A DNA stretch of 64,000 nt from a virus (lineage: Duplodnaviria; Caudoviricetes), in IMG/VR virus record IMGVR_UViG_3300028832_000100, one strand, 5' to 3'. A program made the position numbers and the translations under genes. Below, one piece after another: positions 47,819 through 58,198 of the stretch. Every line of letters starts with the position of its first letter. Positions within the stretch are counted from its first letter, which is position 1. The notes beneath the pieces were generated by a model. The model did not search any database. It had not been told where the DNA came from and saw nothing but the letters and a program-made list of their open reading frames with translations.

Positions 47819-48171
47819 ACATATCTCCCAGAGTTCACAAGGTCACGCTTGTAAGCAACACGATCCCCAAATGTGATATTGTCCACACCATAATGATGAC
47901 CGTTGCTCTGAGCGATTCTCTTTAGTCTGTAGTTTGGATCTACACTGTACCGAATGGTACGAACATCCATTTCATACTGCTCTGCAATTTCGTTGTAATT
48001 CCAACCTTTTTTGAGCATCTTTGAAATATTTGCCACATCTGCGGAAGAAAGCTTTCTCTTTCTGTCAAATTCTGTTCCTGTAAGAATGATGGAATGATCT
48101 ACTTCCTTATCATCCATTTTTGAAACTTTCCGTTTCAATCTTGCCGATTTAATAGTTCTGATAATTCCCAT
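47815..48171 (-). CDS. HTH-containing protein
   Basis: GWNYNEIAEQYEMDVRTIRY; GGAG RBS. Confidence 0.65.
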   Translation of the reverse strand: MGIIRTIKSARLKRKVSKMDDKEVDHSIILTGTEFDRKRKLSSADVANISKMLKKGWNYNEIAEQYEMDVRTIRYSVDPNYRLKRIAQSNGHHYGVDNITFGDRVAYKRDLVNSGRYV

Positions 48172-48184
48172 AATTAAATTCTCC

Positions 48185-48322
48185 GTCAACTACCAACTAC
48201 CTAAAGGTAGATTGGATTTCAAATTTGTTAAAATTTTTCTCGCTCAATGCACCTAACGGTGCAAGTATCAACGAGCTATCCCCACCGTTGCAGTGGTTCT
48301 CTGACGACTAAAGTCACCAGAT
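48185..48322 (-). mobile_element. Non-autonomous IS200/IS605-family remnant (orphan omega-RNA-like right end)
   Basis: Hairpin CTGGTGAC-TTTA-GTCGTCAG, GGGGATAGCTCG...GAGC scaffold, hairpin CTACC-TTTA-GGTAG ending TAGTTGAC. Confidence 0.6.
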
Positions 48323-48334
48323 ATCTTTATTGAG

Positions 48335-48363
48335 ATTATATCACAAAAGCACTGTTTTGTCAA
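48335..48363 (-). promoter_or_regulatory. sigma-A type promoter
   Basis: TTGACA-17-TATAAT with TG. Confidence 0.85.
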
Positions 48364-48713
48364 CTATACTCTTCTTTTAACTTATCCACAAGAAAAGACA
48401 TCAATTTTCCATCAATTATAAAATAGTCTTCTTTATCTTCAAAGAAAAAGTTAAAAGCAATGGCACTATTTTCAAATCTATTGGCGAAAGACTCTTCCTT
48501 GCTCTTTTTTAGCCATTCCTTTTTAATGGAAAACGAATCCTTTGGTGTCATGCAAGTCTTACACTCAATGGATAGGGAAGCCCCATCAACCGATATATCG
48601 GATTTATAAAACTTCCCAGCCCCAGAATTTGAATTTCTTACCCCTCCAAGAAGTTTTGCTACTCTACCTTCTTGTATTTCCGAAGCATATCTTGTTGCGG
48701 ATTTGTTTTTCAT
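48360..48713 (-). CDS. PD-(D/E)xK nuclease, Holliday-junction-resolvase-like
   Basis: QEGRVAK...NSGAG...SD...IECKT. Confidence 0.75.
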   Translation of the reverse strand: MKNKSATRYASEIQEGRVAKLLGGVRNSNSGAGKFYKSDISVDGASLSIECKTCMTPKDSFSIKKEWLKKSKEESFANRFENSAIAFNFFFEDKEDYFIIDGKLMSFLVDKLKEEYS

Positions 48714-49225
48714 TTGCACAAACCACCCATGTATTTGTGTATTTCTTCCAATGTAAAGTTGTTTTTGATAAGATCAATGCACATATTATTGAAATCGTGT
48801 TCGTTTTTTATGCGATAGATAAGTCCATTATTTTCGTATTTTTCATGGTCATCCACACAAAACCATCCGTCAGCAGAATCAAAAGAATACTCACCGTCAA
48901 AATAACTGTAGGTAATTACCCTTCCTTGGATTCCATTCCCTCGTAATGTCTTCGTACAACCATTCAAAATAATAACTTTCAAAAGATCTTCACACCCACC
49001 AAAACATATAGGAGAATATGCAATAGCATAAACACCGTCATCACCAATCATCTTATTGTCTAATATATAAGAAGACCTTGTTGATTCTAAACAACGAATG
49101 CTGTCATTTAACTCTGCTATTGCCTTTCCAATGCTGTTATACTCTGCTTTAAGACAATCAACCTTTTCTTTCTTCTCTTTTATGGAATCATCAAATGCCA
49201 ACAATGTGTCATCTTTATTCTTCAT
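48710..49225 (-). CDS. Hypothetical protein
   Basis: ORF with GGAGG RBS. Confidence 0.7.
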   Translation of the reverse strand: MKNKDDTLLAFDDSIKEKKEKVDCLKAEYNSIGKAIAELNDSIRCLESTRSSYILDNKMIGDDGVYAIAYSPICFGGCEDLLKVIILNGCTKTLRGNGIQGRVITYSYFDGEYSFDSADGWFCVDDHEKYENNGLIYRIKNEHDFNNMCIDLIKNNFTLEEIHKYMGGLCK

Positions 49226-49226
49226 G

Positions 49227-50414
49227 TTATTCTTCCTCCTTATTTAAGTCAACACCAAACTCACCAGACGAAGAATTTAGCATTTCTTCAAATAATTTTA
49301 CATTGGGATCATCTTTTTTAGACAATTTTTCATAAACTGCATCATACAGATTTTTCCATAATTCCAAATGCTCTTCAAAGAATGGTTTTAGATTTTTCAT
49401 CCCATGAATCTTAATCTCTTCTCCATTTTCATCGTTTAGAATTTCACCTGTTTTTGTATCTATGATCTTAAAATATCCCTTTGCAGGACTTACAATCAGA
49501 CCAAAATAGGTTGCGACATCAATAGTATCTTGCATAATATCAACACCACGGTCATAATTGATATATAGTCTTCCAACTTTTCTGTCCCACTTGCAAACCT
49601 TTGTTTTCAATACAGCTGCCTCCATAATGTATCCGGCAGGGGATTCTGCAGTAGATTTTACTTCATTTCCTTCTTCATCAAAGAATTTATCTTTCTTAAA
49701 CATCATTCTAACTGAGCAAGCATGCCTCCATGCTCTACCACCAGATGTTGTAATCGGGTTTCCATACCCACCTATATTCTCTCTGATTTGATTTATACCA
49801 ATGAGCGTACAATCATACTTAATAAGCAACCCTGTAATTCTTCTTACAAAATCACCGAGTGCTTTTGCAACCCCGCCCATATCTTTCTTCTCGAAGGATT
49901 CACCATAAGTCTGCAAAGGAGTGAGCATATTAAGAGAGTCAATAATAACAAGACCGACTTCTTCTGATTTTACTGAATCATAAATCACATCAAAAATTGA
50001 TTCTGCTGGCATATCACTGCCCGTAAAACGAACAGTCTGCACTGGGTGTCCGTTCGTCTTATACCCAAACTTTTCTGCCCACATCGGATCAGCACCGCAC
50101 TCCAGATCTACAAACAAAATCTTCCTCGGATCTTCAGGGTTTCTTTCCAATTCTTTCCGTTGGTAAGAAGCAGCCACTAAATAAGCAGTTGATGTTTTCC
50201 CTGAACTTTCAGGACCACAAAACTCAATGATTCTCTTTTCTGGTAGTGAATTATATAGACAAAAGTCAAGACCGGGAGAGCCAAAAGAAAGTGTCCCGAA
50301 AGCAGTCAGATCATCCACTCCAAGAGATATGACTTGCTTATTCTTATCTTGGGAATCCCCAAAATTCTTATTCGTTTCTCTGATGATCTGTGCAAGTGTT
50401 TTCTTTTCTGCCAT
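49227..50414 (-). CDS. recA: RecA-like recombinase
   Basis: GPESSGKT, VIIDS, INQIRE, TSGGRA. Confidence 0.93.
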   Translation of the reverse strand: MAEKKTLAQIIRETNKNFGDSQDKNKQVISLGVDDLTAFGTLSFGSPGLDFCLYNSLPEKRIIEFCGPESSGKTSTAYLVAASYQRKELERNPEDPRKILFVDLECGADPMWAEKFGYKTNGHPVQTVRFTGSDMPAESIFDVIYDSVKSEEVGLVIIDSLNMLTPLQTYGESFEKKDMGGVAKALGDFVRRITGLLIKYDCTLIGINQIRENIGGYGNPITTSGGRAWRHACSVRMMFKKDKFFDEEGNEVKSTAESPAGYIMEAAVLKTKVCKWDRKVGRLYINYDRGVDIMQDTIDVATYFGLIVSPAKGYFKIIDTKTGEILNDENGEEIKIHGMKNLKPFFEEHLELWKNLYDAVYEKLSKKDDPNVKLFEEMLNSSSGEFGVDLNKEEE

Positions 50415-50417
50415 ATA

Positions 50418-51005
50418 TTAAAAATCCTCTCTTGATGACGGTACAATTTCCCTAGGCGAATAAGCAGAAAGTTGCATCTCTTGCATTCTTCTGCTAATGA
50501 TCTTATGAATAGTCTGTGCCATTGCTTTTGCAGCGTCAATCTTCAACTTAATCATTTGATATGCGTGTTGGTAAATATTACTTACCACCGTTTCGTATTT
50601 AGATGCTTCTTCGCCAATGGCGGTCAGTTCCGCTACAGTTGTTTTGTTTTTCTTATCAGTATCTTTTACTTGATTATCAAGATATGCACCGTTAAATACT
50701 TCCTTTTGAGCTGCCTTTGACATATCGGCAAAAACACCCATCTGCTCTTGATTCTCACACATGGAGTAGATCGTACTTGATAAATTCATGTAGTATCTCT
50801 CCAAATCAAAATCGGTAATGTCTTGAATATCTCCTTGAAGTTTCTGCTTGATGTCACCCATTAACCGATCTAAGTCAGTACAATACTCTCTTACAAGTGC
50901 ATCCACAGAAGCGTTAAAATATTGAACATTATCTCTTGTTTCCTTAACAAGTCTTTCTACTTTTTCAGTATCAACATTATTAAGATATGTTATATTGTCT
51001 GCCAC
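50418..51005 (-). CDS. Helical hypothetical protein (possible recombination mediator)
   Basis: Lies between recU and recA. Confidence 0.6.
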   Translation of the reverse strand: MADNITYLNNVDTEKVERLVKETRDNVQYFNASVDALVREYCTDLDRLMGDIKQKLQGDIQDITDFDLERYYMNLSSTIYSMCENQEQMGVFADMSKAAQKEVFNGAYLDNQVKDTDKKNKTTVAELTAIGEEASKYETVVSNIYQHAYQMIKLKIDAAKAMAQTIHKIISRRMQEMQLSAYSPREIVPSSREDF

Positions 51006-51479
51006 TTAATCACCATCCTTCAAATCTGATAGCAATGAATAGTCACTATCTAAAAAAACTCTTCTCTTTTTTGAAGGAAAAACAAAAAATCTATATTCTG
51101 AATTTCCGATATACTTCACATTAAAAGATTTAAGACCGTCTTCCTTCATCCTCTTGATAGTAGAAACAGGAATATACAATTCAACCCCATGCTCTACCAT
51201 CCACAGTAAAACACCAATACGAACACCATCTATCCCGAAATATGATAGCAATTTGTCATATTGTGTAAGGTTTGCAAATGGAAAAGTATTTCCATTGTGG
51301 CTTTTACACTCCAAAAGAAATAATTTTCCATTATTAAATCCTATAAAATCGCTGACATTTGAAGAAGTAAACTTATAACCAGTAACTTGGTCTGGGACTC
51401 GGTACAAAAACCCTTTAGGAAATGTTTTGTACCAATTCTCCTTTACTTTCTGTTCGTATTGTTTACCCCTCGAACTCAA
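51006..51479 (-). CDS. RecU-like Holliday junction resolvase
   Basis: RGKQYE, SDFIG, LECKS, NLTQ. Confidence 0.8.
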   Translation of the reverse strand: MSSRGKQYEQKVKENWYKTFPKGFLYRVPDQVTGYKFTSSNVSDFIGFNNGKLFLLECKSHNGNTFPFANLTQYDKLLSYFGIDGVRIGVLLWMVEHGVELYIPVSTIKRMKEDGLKSFNVKYIGNSEYRFFVFPSKKRRVFLDSDYSLLSDLKDGD

Positions 51480-52600
51480 CTTAAATGAACCTCAGGAATT
51501 ACATTGTATACATTTCCACGAGCAATAACAATCGCTTTGTGGTTTCCAAAATTGATAGTGACATACTTATCTTTACAAATTTCAAGAGTTGATTTAACAT
51601 CATTGAAATCAAACACCGCTTCATAGGATTCTGCAAGATTGCTTTCTGAATTAAGGTAATTAACTGTTTCCTCGTTCTTTGTTTTAACATCAGAAACATT
51701 AACAGAATCCGTAGAGAATACAAATCGACCATACGGCTTAAACATTGTCTTACCTACATTGAATACCATAAGTCTATTGATAGTGGAAATAAGCGCATCC
51801 TTATCAATGACAACAGAATGATTATAATCACCAAAAGCATAACCTCTAATTGCTTCTACAGGATATGCTCCAAGAAGTGTGTCATCACAAGTAAGAATAG
51901 ATGTGATCTGAACAGTGGGTGTTTTCAATGAAAGTTTTGTCTGAATAATTTCTTCCGATGCTCCAACGGCATCATAACCCAATGAAAGGTGTACTTTTTC
52001 TTCTGTAAACAACTTGAATAGTTTAACCAACTTTTGGTTGAGAAGAATTTTAATTGGCTTTTCCAATGTAAAGTTGTTAATGCAAGCCCCAGTGGTAAAG
52101 GTGATCGCGCCTGTTTCATCGACATAGAACAACTTCTGAACAGCACGAGTGACAATCCCCTTGCTTAATTCCTTGCTATTGTATTGAAGGATACTCATAA
52201 GAATATCACTATTTACATCCATCTCATTTGTTACATTGTTGATTGTAATTTCCGGTAGCTTTAACAAACAATCACCGTCATAAATCAACGGAATTTTATA
52301 TGTTCCATTCGCTACAACCACAAGTGAATTATCTGCAATGCTGAGATCCACAGATGTTGTTGTAATCTGTGACACCAACTTCAAAAAAAGACTTGCATTA
52401 ACAGTTGCATCAAAAGTATCTTGTGAATCAATGGGAAGAAAAACGGTTGCAAAATACTCTCTGTTTGTCACATCAAGTTTAAGAACCCCACCGTCGGCAT
52501 GAATTTGAAGTGACTCTGTGATTTCCGTAAATTCTGTGGTATCTACCGCAGTTAAAATTTTCTGACAGACTTCTTGAATGTCTTTTGTTTTTAATAGCAT
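51476..52600 (-). CDS. dnaN: DNA polymerase beta sliding clamp
   Basis: 374 aa, three-domain repeat pattern, DVTNRE, YP motif. Confidence 0.8.
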   Translation of the reverse strand: MLLKTKDIQEVCQKILTAVDTTEFTEITESLQIHADGGVLKLDVTNREYFATVFLPIDSQDTFDATVNASLFLKLVSQITTTSVDLSIADNSLVVVANGTYKIPLIYDGDCLLKLPEITINNVTNEMDVNSDILMSILQYNSKELSKGIVTRAVQKLFYVDETGAITFTTGACINNFTLEKPIKILLNQKLVKLFKLFTEEKVHLSLGYDAVGASEEIIQTKLSLKTPTVQITSILTCDDTLLGAYPVEAIRGYAFGDYNHSVVIDKDALISTINRLMVFNVGKTMFKPYGRFVFSTDSVNVSDVKTKNEETVNYLNSESNLAESYEAVFDFNDVKSTLEICKDKYVTINFGNHKAIVIARGNVYNVIPEVHLS

Positions 52601-52603
52601 TAC

Positions 52604-55600
52604 TTATTCTCCTAAAATTTCTTTCAATATAGATTGTTCAAATTCAGAATGAATTTGTGAAAATTCACTGAATTTATCTTCTGTTTTTGGTACAAAATTT
52701 TCATATTCCTCTTCCAAATGGCTTGAATAGTCGTTAAAATACCACTGCTTCTCTATTTCAACATCGCACTTAAAAGGAACATTTGATATCTCTGGTTGTG
52801 CTGACTCCCTCATTATTTTAGACAGGAGTTCTGCAACACGATCTTTATTTTCTTGCGGACACTCACCAATTAACTCCATTCGTGCACTTAAAAATGCACT
52901 CGACTATATCTTATATCTGCAATATATCTTCTTGCTTCCATTTAAGGGTTGTCATCCCACTATGCATTTCAGCATAGCCGTACTCTACTTGCTTCTCAAT
53001 AGTTAGTTATATATGCAGTTCCTAACTATCTATGCTTTCGATAGTCTGTGAGGGTAGAAATGTTTTATATAATAAACTATCTATATTATTACTTATAAGA
53101 AAATCACGAACATCTTTATTCATTTCACATGCAACAGATTTTGGTACATAAACATACGGAAAACATCTTCCGTCTTTTTTTCTATCAAATCTCAAAGCAC
53201 ACCGCTTTTGTGGGTAAAATGAAAAAATCTTATCTATAAGCAAATTAGTTTCTTCTATACTAAATGAATTACAATATATGTGCATATAATGTTTTGTTTT
53301 GTGCAATGAACCATCATCTAAATATAAAAGGATGATACCATAAGAATCTAAATCTTCTATTGCTGATTTTAAACTCATATTTCCAACCAATGTTGTTTCA
53401 ACTGTTACATGCGTTGTTATGCCATACATGTTTGAATTTTTATTATACCCTGAAAAGCATTTTATATCTTTAGTTTTCAAACCAAAACTTTCAAGTATGC
53501 TTCTTTTATACTCCACATAATCTCTTTTTATTGAGTTTGTAGAAACCCGATATCTCTTATTTTCTGTTACATTTTGTGTTATATAACATCCATCGCCTAA
53601 TTTTAAACTTAATAGTAATTGATATAGTTTATTATTCATATTTCTCTCCCTGCTGATTGGCTACACGCGAATTGTTCACGATACGCACTATATTTTCACT
53701 TAATAATACAATAAGTAATAGGGCGTTTTTGCTTTCCAGCATATCAAGAAGTTTATACACGACAAGTTTTTGACTATGGTCTATCGTGTACAGCGATTAG
53801 CAACTTGAATCCAAGTTCTTTCAGTTCCTTGCTATTATGAACATTTATCATTGCAAGTTTAGACATAGAAGCAGCACCGCCTTGAACCCTTGCGTTTACA
53901 CACTGACGTTCTGCCTGTGAAATAAATCCACTATTGTCTTTAATCTGTATACCGCATTTTTTAGCGTTTTCTATAATACTGTTGATTTGATTTTTTCCTC
54001 TTGCATTTGATAAAAGTTCTTCAAATTTTTTAACATTTGGATCTTCTTTTTTAATCCCGTTACACCCCAGTATTGGATTAAATACAGAACCGAACGATTC
54101 ATTTGTACTTTTTATCTCATATCTTGGGAGCGCAAGGTCTGGAAGTCTTCTTCTACGACCCCAAAAATCTTCGACATACACATTCTTCTTTGCAAATTCC
54201 ATAGTGTCTTCAATCCATTTCTTGACTTTAGGAAATCCAAGATAAAACTTATCAACAATATCTTGTGCTTCTTTAATATCAATATTAAGACTGGCTGCTA
54301 TTGACTTTGCTCCCATCCCATAGCTGATTCCCAAATGGAGTATTTTCATCTTTTTTCTTCTTGTTTTTCCTTCTGGGTTTGGGCTTCCATCCTCATGTCG
54401 CTCCATATTGTCCCAATAGGAGTTATGATATACCCCTGTACCAATTGTGGCATAAAAATCACGACCACTCTTAAAACCATTTATCATAGTTTCGTCGTTT
54501 GAATAAGATGCCATAATTCGAGGCTCTTGTTGCTCTATTTTCATGTGTTACCACATGGTTCGGACTATCTCTTGTACACAAACATGTGTACCCCTCTGTT
54601 TCGACATATAAAATGCCTACTCTACTCGGTTACTCGGTTTTACCCTACCCTTTCGATAGTCTCTACGCACATTAAATATATTTCCAGAACATGCCCGCAA
54701 ACTCTACTTTGCAGACATCGCTCTTTTTAATTTTTGACATTATGTGTTTCAACGAAAGTGATTCAAATTCTGTGTTTTTCTTAACCCACAAAGCAGCGCT
54801 TTTTACGCTGTCAAAAATAGTATCAGACCCATCAGATACGCTTGTTGCTACCACCTTGATTCTTCTTTTTCTTGCGGTTGCTTCTATTGCATCTATTGGT
54901 CTTTTTTTACCTTTTCCATGGGTATTTCCTTTTAATTTGTTGGATATCTTATTTCTGGTTTCCTGAGAAAACCCATGTTCTTTTCTAATAGCAGTCATTT
55001 TTTCTGATATTTTCCTACGGGTATCCTCAGACTGCATCCTTCTCTTATGTCTAACTTTTACACACTCTGAATCCATTGGGTTTGAATCTCCTCCTGGAGT
55101 ATTATTATACCCGAATTCAGATGAATTTGAATTGTAAAAACTGATCCAATACATTTCTTTGTAGTTAAGATCGTCTTCATTATCCGCTGAATCAATTTCT
55201 TCCACGGTAAAATTTTCAACACCATATTTACGCATAGATTCATACAAATGATAATCACAATGATTCCTATATCTATTCATGTGGTTTTTCCATCTGTCGT
55301 CTAGTGACTTCTTAGTTTGTCCTATATACACTTTTCCGTTTATGGTGTTTGTTATTTTATAAATTATCATATGTGATCTCCTTAATTTAATAGTCTTACA
55401 ATATTATATACAATTAAAGACATCACACAACAAGTTCAAATATATTTAATTTGGCACGGGATTGACCACAAATGGAGAACCACACCACAAATGGCTTTCC
55501 CCGTTTAAGAGGGTTTTACTTCAGCCAACATTAACCGAAGTCGGATCCGACCAGCACATTTCCGTCTTCTGCTGTAAACATTAAGCGAATCTCATTATTC

Positions 55601-57290
55601 TTCGATGGTATATTTTGCATTATGTTATCGTTAGCCTCTTTATGCTAACCTCTATGAGTATGTAGTTTTCCTCATAGTTCAGACTATATCATTAACCTAT
55701 TATAACCTTTCAGTGAAATAGGTTATTGTGCGCTCGTGCGAGAATTATTGATTTTATCTCTCATCTCGTAGTCGTTGCTCCTTCCACAGACTTTCTCTGT
55801 GGCTTGGATCAGGATTGGGACAAAATTTACTACATCCTTTCCCTGAATTCACACAATTTTCATCTCAACATTACTGTTGAGTGCCTCCGTAATTAAAGGT
55901 TTGGATCGCTGGAACTAAATCTTCCTGTATCTGCCCCAAGAGTGTTAAAATGTGCATGAAGTCTATTGTCTTTTACTGAAACTACTTTTGGTAACTTATC
56001 AATATAAGTATTTACTAATTTTAACAAACCTCTCTGCTCTAATATCAGTTTTGTTATTGGCAGATCAATTTGTTTTAGTATTCCTTCTCCTGTTCCTCTT
56101 GGTGTTTTTGGATCAATAACACCAACTTTTAGAATGTCATACAAAAAAACTGCAAGTTGAGATGGACTTGATGTATTTAATGGGTTTTCCACTATATCTA
56201 CATCAAAAAATCTGTATGGTCCTTTTCCATCCATATCGTCAAAAGGATATTTCTTTCTTACAGCAATTGGATCTTTTCTGTCATTAGCACTTGCATATAC
56301 TCTATCAAGTTTATGTTTTTGCTTCCATTCTTCTATGACAGGCTCGTACTCTTTTAGAGCACTTTTAATTCTCTTATCACAATCTTCCAAAAGGAGATTA
56401 TATTTCTTGCTCAAACGATCACAATAAGAAGTATCTAATGCAATCCCGGTAAGTTCCATAGAAGCAGCGACAGAGATGATTGGGAACTCAATCCTAAACA
56501 GCAAATCCAATAACTTCCTATTCTCTGCTTTATTGTATTGAACCCATTGCCAATCATATAACTTCAATGTCATAAACGGGTCTGTCGCTGCATAAAGAGC
56601 AAATACCTCTGGACTTACAACGGCATAATCTATATCCTTGAAAAGATGTTCTATTGAATACTTCTCAATACTTCCATCAATCTTTGAAATGTACTGATCC
56701 TTCAAGGAGTATGACTTTTCATTCTCGTCTAAAATCTTTGCGGCAACAAGTGTGTCCCAATATATTTTAAGATCCACCCCTGTTGTGCATTTTATTACCT
56801 CGTAGTCAAACTTTGCATTATGATAAACAGTTTTTGTATTCTCTAATCGAGAAAATTCTTGCTTAATATCATCTTCTGAAAGTTGGTCTTTCAACCGTTC
56901 TCCGCTATGAGGGTCAACATGGTTCAATGGAATATATGCATTTTTCATTCCATAAGTATAAATACAAGGACCCATTAACTTACAAGTTAGCGGATCCAAA
57001 CTCATGTTTGTTTCGGTATCTATTGCTATTATTCCGTTCTCTATTGCTTTATTGATATATTGATGCAAAGATTCCCTGTCCTTTATAACAACAGTGTTTT
57101 CTGCATACTTGCCAAGTATTCGATATACTTCTTCACGAATCATTCTTAACTTGGTATCTATATCAACCTTACCGCCTGACCGTTTTCTTACTTCTTTTGG
57201 GGAACTAATCTTGTTGAGTACATTTTTGATTGCTTCTAACGAATCTTGTGGGGAGAAAGAATCTCCCCACAAAGATACTTCATAGCCCAT
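52604..57290 (-). CDS. polA: Family A DNA polymerase in four exons: 55896-57290, 55534-55617, 53783-54532, 52604-52876
   Basis: 3'-5' exo DTET/HNAKFD/YAATD; splicing gives SSDPNL|QNIP, GSDFG|QQEPR, AVHD|ELI; about 833 aa. Confidence 0.93.
52877..53782 (-). mobile_element. Group I intron 3 of polA
   Basis: P1 UACACGAU/GUCGUGUA, AAGAUAUAGUC core, terminal G. Confidence 0.92.
53022..53639 (-). CDS. LAGLIDADG homing endonuclease (intron-encoded)
   Basis: LSLKLGDG...LLYLDDG...CNSFS. Confidence 0.88.
   Translation of the reverse strand: MNNKLYQLLLSLKLGDGCYITQNVTENKRYRVSTNSIKRDYVEYKRSILESFGLKTKDIKCFSGYNKNSNMYGITTHVTVETTLVGNMSLKSAIEDLDSYGIILLYLDDGSLHKTKHYMHIYCNSFSIEETNLLIDKIFSFYPQKRCALRFDRKKDGRCFPYVYVPKSVACEMNKDVRDFLISNNIDSLLYKTFLPSQTIESIDS
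54533..55533 (-). mobile_element. Group I intron 2 of polA
   Basis: P1 CUUCGGU/GCUGAAG, P10 UGUUG/CAACA, AAGAGAUAGUC core, terminal G. Confidence 0.92.
54672..55370 (-). CDS. GIY-YIG homing endonuclease (intron-encoded)
   Basis: IIYKITNTINGKVYIGQT...RW..H...E...GYN; NUMOD3-like tail. Confidence 0.92.
   Translation of the reverse strand: MIIYKITNTINGKVYIGQTKKSLDDRWKNHMNRYRNHCDYHLYESMRKYGVENFTVEEIDSADNEDDLNYKEMYWISFYNSNSSEFGYNNTPGGDSNPMDSECVKVRHKRRMQSEDTRRKISEKMTAIRKEHGFSQETRNKISNKLKGNTHGKGKKRPIDAIEATARKRRIKVVATSVSDGSDTIFDSVKSAALWVKKNTEFESLSLKHIMSKIKKSDVCKVEFAGMFWKYI
55618..55895 (-). mobile_element. Group I intron 1 of polA (ORF-less, 278 nt)
   Basis: P1 CCUU/GAGG, AUGAUAUAGUC core, terminal G before CAA AAT. 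Confidence 0.9.
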
Positions 57291-58105
57291 CAATAATACC
57301 TCGTAGGTCTTTCAGCGGTTGGTGCTGTCGTACTCATCGGTACTTCCCACGGCTTTGCACCTGTCATCGGAATGTCATTTGGTGCAAATTGCGGTTGTGC
57401 GGGAGTTGGAATTGGCGCAGGTTGAGGCGCAACAGGCTGACTATAATCTCTCTGATATGCAGGCGTTGTAGCAGGTGCGCTTCCCTGTGGCGTTTGATTG
57501 TTCTTAGCAGGGAATGAACCGGTTTCCAAAAAAGTGTTCATCTCCTGTGCGTTCTTATTGAGTACATGGGAATTGAGAATAGAGAACCCATCGAAAGCAT
57601 TAGGAATATTCGGGTAATACTGCTCTGGATAGTTTGCAGGAACACAGTAATTGATGCTGTATGTTGTCTTCATGTCACCAGGCGCACCATTTCTCTTAAT
57701 CTTGAAAAGATTTTGGGAAAGAGGACCGTACTCTGTAATCTTATTGTAGAGGTCGTCCGCAAACCATGCAGGTCTTTCCCATACCTTAGGTGTGGGAACA
57801 ATCGTCCCATTTTCTGATTTTACATACTCAATGAGGTGTACAAAGATTCTTGTCATAAGTTTAACATTCTTTGCACAAAGCGGACAGGTTTCTACGGGAT
57901 CTTTCGGATCTCTGATGCAGTTCACATTCCGAAACTTTCCACCGATGTTGACGCTGTGCACAACAGCAATGTCAAACGAATCGGGTGTGTCGTGCATAAA
58001 CCTAACAACCGCCTCATCATTGTTGTTTTTCAAAGAAAAAAATCCAACCCCTGTATTAGATCCATTTGAATTTCTTTGAATTTCACCATACGAAATTTGT
58101 GCCAT
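57290..58105 (-). CDS. Single-stranded DNA-binding protein (gp32-like)
   Basis: FFSLK...VVRF...H...C...CPLC; P/Q-rich tail. Confidence 0.75.
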   Translation of the reverse strand: MAQISYGEIQRNSNGSNTGVGFFSLKNNNDEAVVRFMHDTPDSFDIAVVHSVNIGGKFRNVNCIRDPKDPVETCPLCAKNVKLMTRIFVHLIEYVKSENGTIVPTPKVWERPAWFADDLYNKITEYGPLSQNLFKIKRNGAPGDMKTTYSINYCVPANYPEQYYPNIPNAFDGFSILNSHVLNKNAQEMNTFLETGSFPAKNNQTPQGSAPATTPAYQRDYSQPVAPQPAPIPTPAQPQFAPNDIPMTGAKPWEVPMSTTAPTAERPTRYY

Positions 58106-58169
58106 AACTTTCTAATTTTCTCCTTAAAAATAGTTTTTTATTTTTTGTAATTTTTCTGACTTTAACATT

Positions 58170-58198
58170 ATTATATCACACTTTGTTTATTTTGTCAA
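58170..58198 (-). promoter_or_regulatory. sigma-A type promoter
   Basis: TTGACA-17-TATAAT with TG. Confidence 0.85.

Noticed and set aside
52604-57293. polA (and nrdD) as fragmented pseudogenes
   Set aside because: Group I splice signals restore the conserved motifs in frame.
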